From assembly GCA_030770535.1 (NCBI GenBank), contig JASVEC010000027.1, positions 186,001 through 250,000 on the forward strand: DNA of 64,000 nt, written 5' to 3'. The notes beneath the pieces are model-generated. The model was given only the letters and a program-made list of their open reading frames with translations, ran no database searches and was not told the DNA's origin. The position numbers were made by a program, and so were the translations under genes. Of the stretch, positions 12,623 to 21,930 are shown piece after piece. The stretch comes from Batkoa obscura (taxonomy: Eukaryota). Within the stretch, counting starts at the first letter, position 1; the number at the start of each line of letters is the position of its first letter.

Positions 12623-13123
12623 CTAATTTGGTACAATTTTGATATCTATTTCGTTTGGATTAGATAATAAATTATCAGTAGTAGACAAAGGTTGATAACA
12701 AGGAAGAATAGAGTGTGAATTATCATTATTATCCGGATCATCACCCTTTATAGGCATATAAGGAGACTCGATTTCTTTATAACAAAAAGAGATTATAAAA
12801 GTGATGATTGCAATAATACCAATAACTACAATATTAACAATGCCACACCAGATAAGATTGAATGATAAAATCGAAAGAATGGCGTAAACTAAGCTTCTAC
12901 CAAGTGGATACATATAGAACTTAAAATGTTCAAGATAGTATGGTTTGACTAATGGTATTTCGGATATCAATACAAAATGAGCTAATATATAACGTAAAAT
13001 GGATAGCACAATGCCTTGGCCATAATTCGAATAATAATTACTAGTTTCAAATACACTTATAGCTAGTACTATGCCAACAAAGATGTTAGCACACATTGAA
13101 AAAATTCTTAATCCTTTATTCAT
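12623..13123 (-). CDS. Four-TM small membrane protein, COPI-associated/Tvp15-like; intronless paralog A
   Basis: Four hydrophobic segments and an F.FY..PLGRS..Y..L..L motif resembling the COPI-associated/Tvp15 family; clear paralog of 14448-14954 and 38889-39501. Confidence 0.8.
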   Translation of the reverse strand: MNKGLRIFSMCANIFVGIVLAISVFETSNYYSNYGQGIVLSILRYILAHFVLISEIPLVKPYYLEHFKFYMYPLGRSLVYAILSILSFNLIWCGIVNIVVIGIIAIITFIISFCYKEIESPYMPIKGDDPDNNDNSHSILPCYQPLSTTDNLLSNPNEIDIKIVPN

Positions 13124-14171
13124 TGTAAGTTTGATATTAAAAATATGTTTTTTTATTATTATAAAATATTAAAGTTCAATACTTCTTTTAATGCTATTTA
13201 TATCCCTCTTTAATATTTACTTAACCAGTTACAATTTACCATTAAGTTTTTTAAATAGAATTCAACTTCCCTTGGCATAATTCAATATCAATGATGTAGC
13301 TATTTTTTTATTAAATTTATTTGGATCTTCAGGTTACCAACTACCTTTTTTAATATGTTCACATGCTCCTATAGAATTTTATACAAATTCATTTATCTGT
13401 TTAAATTTTATATGTATATCAATTACTTTATTGATTCATAGATAAATTCTATTTAAGTTTATAATCCATACTATGTACAATCTCTTTTGAGAATAATATT
13501 GACATCACTTTCTTATAGATATGAAAAGCAGCCAACTCATATTAAATAACCTTGAATGTAGATTTTATAATTTTAATTACTTCAATATATCATTAGTGCT
13601 TTTAATATAAAAAAATCCTACATTTGAAGCTTTTTCTACTTACATAAAAAGGATAATGTTAATGCCATAACAAATTCAATTAGCTTCTGATGTAATCAGC
13701 ATATTCGATAATTTTGAAAGTGTTTTACTCTTTTAAATTCAATTTAATGGTAAGAATATTAAATCACCTTACTTTCAAACATAAAAAATATTTACTATTG
13801 CAATCAATGACTTTTAAATTAATTTTAACCCAAAAAGTCAGGCTGCTTTGTAAATTGCCCTATAACAATTAAAATTTTAACTTGGAATGCCAAGAGTCCA
13901 TAATGACCAATCCAAGTTATTCAAATCAAGCTATACAAATTAGTCAGGTTATTAAAATGTTTAAAAAAAACTATAATATATAGCTAAAAAGGTTCTTAAT
14001 AGTTTACTATTAATGTAATATTATTCTAAGTAAAAAGTAGATAAATCATAAAGTTACTGCGATTTTTTATCGATTTTGGAATTGATATTTTATGGATTCT
14101 TATTATCATAATCATATATTATACTATAATATTAATTAATGAGATCAAAGGTAATTTATCGAATCCCAATT

Positions 14172-14270
14172 AAGGGTGTTTTTTTTTGGCTTCATTATTT
14201 TTTCCATTTTTAAGCGCTATTCCAGCGCAAAGATTGCTAATAAAATTTTTAAACAAAAAAATACATCCCC
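14172..14270 (-). mobile_element. MITE family A copy 3
   Basis: Reverse-orientation copy with AATT/AATT TSD. Confidence 0.87.
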
Positions 14271-14447
14271 AATTTATTAAGATTATTTACCTTGATTTTT
14301 AGTATTCATTTTTATAAAGACAAAAAATTAAAAATATGATAAATATTGTATAGTATATATTAAATTTACACTATAAATTGGTAATATTATCTAATATTTA
14401 TAGAAAATAGAATTATATTAATATTTAAATAATAATCTTTATTCAAG

Positions 14448-14954
14448 TTAATTGGACATAACTTTAATATCTACTTCATTTGGGATGGACAATAAATTAT
14501 CATCAGTAGATAGAGGTTCATAAGAAGGAAGAACAGACTCTGAATTATTATTGGTTAATTCCTCTTCTTTAATAGGTAAATAAGGTGATTCCTTTCCCTT
14601 ATAACAAAGGGAAATAATCAATGTAATTAAAGCAATAGAACCAACCACAGATATATTAACGATACCATACCACATAGTGTTAAAAGACAAAATAGCAAGG
14701 AAGCCATAGGTGAAACATCTACCAAGTGGGAACATATAGAATTTAAAATTTTCAACAAAAAATGGTTTTAATAATGGGATTTCCGATAATAATACAAAAT
14801 GAGCTAATAAATAACGTGAGATTAAAATGACAGTATTTTGGCCAAAATGATCATATCGACGATATGGATCACTCGATTCGGCTATACTTATTGCTACTGT
14901 TATACCTACTATAAGGTTCAATAATGTTGAAAATATTCTTAATCCTTTAGACAT
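14448..14954 (-). CDS. Four-TM small membrane protein, COPI-associated/Tvp15-like; intronless paralog B
   Basis: Tandem duplicate of 12623-13123 (shared KGLRIFS, RY.LAHFVL.SEIPL, FKFYM.PLGR, ESPY.PIK, DNLLS.PNE.DIK). Confidence 0.8.
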   Translation of the reverse strand: MSKGLRIFSTLLNLIVGITVAISIAESSDPYRRYDHFGQNTVILISRYLLAHFVLLSEIPLLKPFFVENFKFYMFPLGRCFTYGFLAILSFNTMWYGIVNISVVGSIALITLIISLCYKGKESPYLPIKEEELTNNNSESVLPSYEPLSTDDNLLSIPNEVDIKVMSN

Positions 14955-16166
14955 ATCGATTTTAATAATTTAATGTTTAGTTGGCTATTTGTTTGTTATA
15001 TATGCTTTTTTATAAACACTGTCTGTCCAATAATAAGTTAATGTTTGAGCTTTGCCAAGGATTTATTCTTTTAAAGGTTAAGTAATAATTTGATTTATTT
15101 AGATGGTTTAATGTTTCAACTACTTAAGAGAACAACATTCCGATATTATTCGTTCAATATCATATGTTTGATATGAATAACTGATAATCACCATAAACTA
15201 ACAGTAAATTAATTAATTAATGCCAAGAGCAAGTTGAGTTTATAACCGATATCTATGGTTTAGAAATTTATATAACATCAAACTTCAACCTATAAATTTT
15301 TTTAAATAAAATTATTTGAATTGATTTATTTTGTATATTATTTATATGAAGTGTAAATGAATATTATTAACTTGTTTCAAAATCTAAAATAGTATATTGA
15401 TTATAAATTATCCTAATAGTTTCTTGAACTTACAAACACTAACTATATTGAAAGTATCATATAAACAAAGTTCATATTTAAAAATGATAAGTATTTTATA
15501 TGATAAATTAGAAGCAAAATCAAATTAAAATAGGGTATGATGAGGAAATTTTTATATTCAGATAATGAAAGCTTACATACTCATATATTAAAATAGAGTA
15601 TCCTGAATATTAAATAACAGCTCTATTTTTATACAGTTGTAAATTATAAGATTCCTTAATTTTAATTTGTTTAGATTATATATTTATAAACTTTTATTTT
15701 ATTGATCTAATACTCCTTAAAATAAGCTATAAATAAAGAGTATTGAAAGTAAAATAACATTGGCTTTGTCAAATTGAATATACTTTAAAGATATTTACCT
15801 TTTTTTATTTGGATTTGGTATTTTATATTTTAATAATAAATAATGAAATACACTCAGTTTATTATTAGTTATTGGTTTAACTTTAATTACTTTATTAACT
15901 TATTTTTTATTTTTTATTTTAATTAACTATTATTCTTTTTTTATATTAATTTTTATTTTATAAAAAGCATTATTGAAATTTAAACAATAAGTATAGCTGG
16001 ATAATAATTATCATTTAAAATTATATGTATTTATTTTAATCGTTAATAAAATAAAATAAAATAAAATAAAATTCAAATCTCTATTCTTTTTAATAATAAT
16101 TTATAATTTAGTATAATAAACTAATTACTATATATATTATATATAAAAATTAACTATTCAATCCAA

Positions 16167-17103
16167 TTAATCCTCTCTAGCAAATATTAATGAATCTTCA
16201 CTTTTCCAAGAACCAGAAAATTGCTGTAATACTTTACCAAAGTAATTAATATTAGGATCGTCATGACCAAAATTAAACCCAGTCAATGGTAGGATATAAA
16301 CACCTTTAAATAATTTAGGTGTAATAATATCAAATTCTCTTTTATCATTGACATTTAAATATTCCAACACACTATCGGTCCAAATACCAGGTCCAGTCCA
16401 ATTCATAACATCACAATAGGTCTATTGATCTTTCTTTAACATTTCACTAGTTAAATCCTTAATCTTATTAGTCACTGATAATAGAATAGGATGACCTTTA
16501 GAACTTGTTATTGACCATTGAGTAAATTGAACGTCTCTAGCAAATGCACCTACACCATTACATTTATATTCGGAATCTGGTTGATAATATTCTATACTAA
16601 TAATCATTTCGATTCCTTGATTATTATCTTTCCATAAATCAATACTTTGTTTGCATATTGTATCTGAGTCTGTATAAATACCACCATTTAAATATAATTG
16701 AATATATCGAAAATAATCTGCTTTTAATATTTTTAATGGCAAAGAATTAAATGCTTCATAAATCTCTTTAGACATATGTTGTTTTACTATATCATCGACT
16801 TTATTATCTTCATAAACCGTGAAATTATAATCTGGATTTTTAATAGTCCAACTAGCAATGTTGTTGGATGGGATAATCTTTTCAGGTTTTTTGATTGTGA
16901 AGATTTGCTTTGGGATAGGCTTATAGCCATAAACTCTTTTTTCTAAAATTATTAGTATCACTATTTGTATTAAAACTTATAAATTTACTTAAACCATCAA
17001 CTTGATTCGATTTAAAATTATTATAAAAGATAATTGACAATACAAAAATAAAGGATAATAAAGTAATAATTCGAGTTTTTTTGGTTTTTAAATTGAATAG
17101 CAT
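16167..17103 (-). pseudogene. GT32 (Och1-like) glycosyltransferase with one in-frame TAG (recent pseudogene or recoding candidate)
   Basis: Intron 16988-16943 (GTAAAT...TACTAAT...TAG) joins the signal-anchor exon to the catalytic exon. All motifs are intact (KADYFRY, GGIYTDSD, WTGPGIWTD, QQFSGSWK). The only lesion is TAG at 16424-16422. Confidence 0.8.
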
Positions 17104-17202
17104 TTTATCGTCTTTAATGAAATTCCGAAATTATTTTAAGAAAGTTTATAAATGTAAAATGTAAATCATTATATACTATACATCATAAATATAAAGTTGT
17201 AA

Positions 17203-17260
17203 TAAGAACATTATAAATATAAGAATATAAGAACATTATAAATATAAGAATATAAGAATA
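17203..17260. repeat. 25-bp tandem duplication (TAAGAACATTATAAATATAAGAATA)x2+
   Basis: Direct tandem repeat upstream of the GT32 copy. Confidence 0.7.
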
Positions 17261-18007
17261 TTTTTATAAAATAGTTATAAAAAAAAGTGATTACAAGCAG
17301 GTATTTAAAAGAAAAGTATTTTTTCTTTTTATTATTATTATTGTTAATTTGGTAAATTTAATCTTTTTTAATGTTCTTAAAACTATTTATAAATCTTTAT
17401 GTTATATTTATCTTAATATTTATTCTTAAGAAGGTGATAAAACAGTTAAATAATTTAGAATCAATACTTAATATCTTTTAGAAATAAAATAGAATAAAAT
17501 AAAATAAAATAATAAAAGTATATTTAATTTAAATAATATGGAGAACCTTAATTTTTCTTAATATGATGAATTTTAAATTAAAAAGCTCACTGCACTAGAT
17601 AGCTGACTTCTGATTTATTTTTGATTTCAAGATTCATCTTAATTATTACTTCTATTGAATGCTTAAACTTTTAATTAATGAATAATTAAATTAAACTTAA
17701 AAGCTTTGCTACTATAATATCAATGTATTATTATCAATTCTATCCAATCTGCAAAAATATAATATCAATGTTAAAATATATGGTAAGTTAACCTATTACT
17801 TTTGATGAAAAAAATAGCATCATTAAAGTATATTTTAATAATATGACTTACTACTGGAATAAATAGATGCGTGATAATTAAAGTGGCATTTATTCATTAC
17901 AAATGACATATGAGTAAATGGTTTGATTTATACTATTTGATGTTAAATAGTATAGCTAACTTTTTTTTTCTATATAGATAAATAACTAATAATTGAATTA
18001 TATATAT

Positions 18008-18106
18008 GGGGATGTATTTTTATGTTTAAGAATTTCACTAATAGTCTTTCCACTTAAATAGCGCTTAAAAAATAGAAAAAGTGATGAAACCAAAAAAAAC
18101 ACCCCC
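18008..18106 (+). mobile_element. MITE family A copy 4
   Basis: GGGGATGTA...AACACCCCC with ATAT/ATAT TSD. Confidence 0.9.
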
Positions 18107-18402
18107 ATATATTAACAACTTGTCTTTTAACTATGATTAGTTTTTAATAAACTATTTTTAAATATACTTAAAGAAAATTAAAACATTATTTTAACATCAA
18201 ATTTTATTTTTTAATAAGTTTATATATTTAAGCTAGCTTATTTGTTAATTGTGTTAAATTTAACTCAAACTTAGTTAAAAATCTTATTTTATTAAATAAA
18301 TATTAATTTAAATTAACAAAAAGTTTATTAGAAAGTTAAAATTTAAGTATTTTTTAAAAAGTTTATAACAGATTAATCCTTAACATAAAACTAACAACTT
18401 AT

Positions 18403-18963
18403 GGGGATGTATTTTTGTTTAAGAATTTTACTAACAACCTTTCCACTCAAGCAGTGTGAAATATTGCTTTATTTAGCTCTCGGATTGATTATAACACAAC
18501 AATCACTTAAGTTGTTGTGTTCTCAAGTTCAAACACAATCAAACCAGAGTCCCTTATTTTGATTTGCTGCGAGAAATTCTAACTTCATATTGCAAAGAAT
18601 ATTATCTCCTTTTAATGTCCATATTTATTGGAGTATAAAAGAGATTCTTCAATATGATAACTCGAGGTTTTTTAATTGGATTACTCCCTGACAACGTATC
18701 ATTAATAAAGTCACTAAGTCTTTCAGACAACATCTTATATAGATTTTACGGTAGTATCTTCCATTGTATTTGTTTACATAATTCGTAGCTTATTACGTAC
18801 TATTTCTATTAAGTTAAGTCTATCTTAGTTACATAAACTAAGACCGTTCGACTCAAGGCAAGTTAATTAAGCAAGAGTAGCTTTTAACTTCGACCACAAG
18901 TATCAACTTTCACAGCAGTGCTTAAAAGATGGAAAAAGTAATGAAACCAAAAAAAACATCCCA
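18403..18963 (+). mobile_element. MITE family A copy 5, interrupted by a solo LTR
   Basis: 5' half 18403-18454, 3' half 18919-18963, TTAT/TTAT TSD; removing the LTR and one GCAG restores a full copy. Confidence 0.9.
18455..18914 (+). mobile_element. Solo LTR-like element copy 2 (460 bp), nested in a MITE
   Basis: TGTGAAA...TTTCACA termini with GCAG/GCAG TSD. Confidence 0.88.
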
Positions 18964-19105
18964 TTATATTGTACTTTAAAAAAAGATTTTCATTTACTAA
19001 AAATCTTAAATATTTTATAAAAACATACACTTTATAATTATTATACCAATCAATAAATAGTATTTGTTTATATTAAACAAAACATGTTTATTTAAAAAGC
19101 TTTAT

Positions 19106-19204
19106 GAAAATGTTTTTTTTGGTTTCATTACTTTTTCCATCTTTTAAGCACTGCTTGAGTGGAAAGATTATTAGTAAAACCCTTAAACAAAAAAATACAT
19201 CCCC
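19106..19204 (-). mobile_element. MITE family A copy 6
   Basis: Reverse copy with TTAT/TTAT TSD; carries the uninterrupted CTCAAGCAGTGCTTAAAAGATGG variant. Confidence 0.87.
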
Positions 19205-19386
19205 TTATCTAAAAAAAGAGCTATTTATAAAGTAATTTATAAAATAATGTGACCTTAATTTATGCAAAAATCAGGCCACAGGCTATAATAATAGTTTTGT
19301 CAAAATTTATAAAAAATTATTTTTAAATTTTAAATTTTAAATTTTACTTTTGCCATAAATTAGTTAATTTTATTTATAATCACTAA

Positions 19387-19845
19387 TGTGAAAGTTGGTA
19401 CTCAGTGGTAGGAGTTAAAAGCAGTTATTGGTTGATTAACTTGCCTCAAGTCGAACGGTCTTAGTTTATGTGACTAGGATAGATTTAAATTAATAAGAAT
19501 AGTGCGTAATAGGCTATGAACTATGTAAAACAAATAGAATAGAAAATACTACTGTAAAATCTACGTAAGACGTTGTCAGGAAGACTTAGTGGCTTTATTA
19601 ATGGTACGATATCAGGGAGTAATTCAGTTAAAAAGCCTCGAATTATCATATTGAAGAATCTCTTTTATACTCTTTGTAATATGAAGTTATAAATTCTCAC
19701 AGAAAATCAAAACAAGGAACTCTGGATTGATTATACCATATGATTTACAGTCAAATTGATTACAAGACTACAGCTAGTTTTGTAAACAAGTTAAATGATT
19801 ATTATCTTATAATTAATCCGAGAGCTGATAAACCGACATTTCACA
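19387..19845 (-). mobile_element. Solo LTR-like element copy 3 (459 bp), reverse orientation
   Basis: TGTGAAA...TTTCACA termini with CTAA/CTAA TSD; reverse complement of copies 1 and 2. Confidence 0.87.
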
Positions 19846-20619
19846 CTAATGATAAAACATTAATTACTTTATATTAGTTTAAAATATCTGTTCAGAAAAT
19901 AGAAATTAATATTATAGTGGAGAGCGTTATAGCTCTATTTAATTTAATCGAATTTTTTTTTGATTGGAATTAATTTCTTGATAATTGGACCAATTTTACA
20001 AAAATTGGTTTTATAGTTGTAGTTAATTACCCTTGGGGCTTGCACTACAAAAAAGGTCAGATTACTTTGTAAATTACCTTATATTTTTTTAGATAAAGAA
20101 AATTAGTAGACATATCTATTAATTCTTCAAATAGATCTAACTCGGATACCTATTTTAGATATATGAAGTTACTTACCTTAAAAGTGGTCTTTGATAATGA
20201 GATGATATTAAATTACACCTCAGTTATTTAACGTACGGGCTTTTGACCATCTATGCTTTGATGGAAGTCTATAATTATTTCAATTTTTTTTTGGATATAG
20301 TGCTAAAAATTGGCATTTACATTAATTATTTCAATAAATTTGACTCCAGCATTTATTTTAAATTATATAAATTTGATTAACTTAGGATTTACATTAAAAA
20401 TTGATATAATATCAAGTTGCTACCTTGGTTATTTGATACAAAAGTATTTATACACTTTTACTTTGATGAGGGTTTATAACTACTTAGAGGAACTTATGGA
20501 TATACTTTTAGACTTACAAGGGCTACTTATCGTATTTCATTTACTTGTTTTCATCTTAATGCTTATATGCTAACTATCTTTGATCTTAAATTGATTTAAG
20601 ATCATATCTATGAGCATAT

Positions 20620-20718
20620 GGGGGTGTTTTTTTTGGTTTCATTATTTTTTCCATTTTTTAAGCGCTATTTGAGCGGAAAGATTGTTAGTAAAATTCTTAA
20701 ACAAAAAAATACACCCCC
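20620..20718 (-). mobile_element. MITE family A copy 7 (tandem with copy 8)
   Basis: GGGGGTGTTTT...ATACACCCCC; flanks ATAT/ACAT. Confidence 0.88.
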
Positions 20719-20722
20719 ACAT

Positions 20723-20817
20723 GGGGATGTTTTTTGATTTCATCACTTTTTCCATTTTTCAAGCGCCATTGAGTGGAAAGGCTACTAGTAAAATTCTTAA
20801 ACAAAAAATATATCCCC
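20723..20817 (-). mobile_element. MITE family A copy 8
   Basis: Immediately follows copy 7 after a 4-bp spacer; flanks ACAT/ATAT. Confidence 0.88.
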
Positions 20818-21749
20818 ATATGCTTTTAAAAAACAGAACCTTACTTTTTTCATCAAAAAAATTCAAAAAGTTATTTTAAGGTGAAAAATATACCATCAAA
20901 ATATAACAGAAGTGGTATTACTTAATGTATATCCTTTATACACAACCATCTAATCTATCTTATAAGTGTTGATAATATCCGATTGTAGCTTATCCTGGAT
21001 GCGCAAACATTTAATCGAGAAACAACCACGCTAACTGATAGGTAGCATAAAAAAATAAATTCAAACTAAGCGGACGGATAGAAAAGGCTGTTAAATTTTA
21101 ATAAGCTTCTAAATAATTTGAAACTTGACACGCTTTAAGCCAAAATAGTAAACTTGAGATATAAAGAGGATAATAGTACCACAAATGTGGGGTAGTTTTA
21201 GCATTCCATTCATTTAATTTTTGCAAAACAGAAGTGATGGTATATAAAAATTACCACATAAATTAATATTTGTGTGCTCACTCAAGATTTATTAAGATTG
21301 GATTTTTATATATAGTGCCGTATAATTAAATATTCGCCTCTTTCTATAATTATCAAGCATGTTACTTATTTGATTTTAAACATGATTGTTTCCTGAACTA
21401 AAAACTTGGAATGGGTTTTTATAAATCGATTTATTTAGTTGTTTAATTAAACCCTTATATCCTTTACTTATTGTTAATTAACAATAAATATGGTTTATAA
21501 AAATTTGGTAAAATTTAAAAATAGCATTCATAAGTAGGGTACACAGGTTTTATTATAGTATTAAAAATATACATTTACTATATTAAAAAAAAAACTTTAT
21601 GAAAATAATATTACAAAACCATATCCGCTTAATCTATTAATAGGTACAAAGTATAATATTAAAATGCTTACTGTATGATTTCAGATCCTTCTAAGCAAAT
21701 CTAGATTCTACTAAACAAATATGTTAAATATTAATATTTGAGCTATTTG

Positions 21750-21930
21750 TAATATTATAAAAAATCTTATTTAGAATATCATAAAAGAACTACATTAAGA
21801 TATTATAAAAAATTTATTCAAAATATTAAAAAAAACTTTATGTAAAACATCATAAAGAACCGCATTTAATATTGTAAAAAATCATTTTTGGAATATTATA
21901 ATGAACCATATAAGAAATATGGGAAAACCC
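21750..21930. repeat. Degenerate ~22-24 bp minisatellite (AATAT[T/C]ATAAA[A/G]AAC... units)
   Basis: About 8 imperfect units seen by eye. Confidence 0.5.

Noticed and set aside
16422..16424. Genome-wide TAG reassignment (alternative genetic code)
   Set aside because: TAG terminates conserved genes at their expected ends (OCA1 46451, NAR1 50840, NADPH oxidase 58868), and no other intact gene has in-frame TAG.
16921..16990. Frameshift between the 60-aa and 179-aa GT32 ORFs
   Set aside because: Explained by a canonical 46-nt intron (GTAAAT...TACTAAT...TAG).
11305..20817. Dispersed repeats as a CRISPR-like array or tRNA-derived SINE
   Set aside because: Eukaryotic DNA with irregular spacing, both orientations, TIRs and TSDs, and no A/B boxes or poly(A) tail; this is a MITE.
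20682..20879. 65-aa ORF with a repeated KILKQKI.PHM motif
   Set aside because: Read-through of the tandem MITE dimer.
20889..21246. Second MITE family from an 11-bp inverted repeat (ATATACCATCA / TGATGGTATAT)
   Set aside because: Short match, no TSD, and no second copy found in the window.
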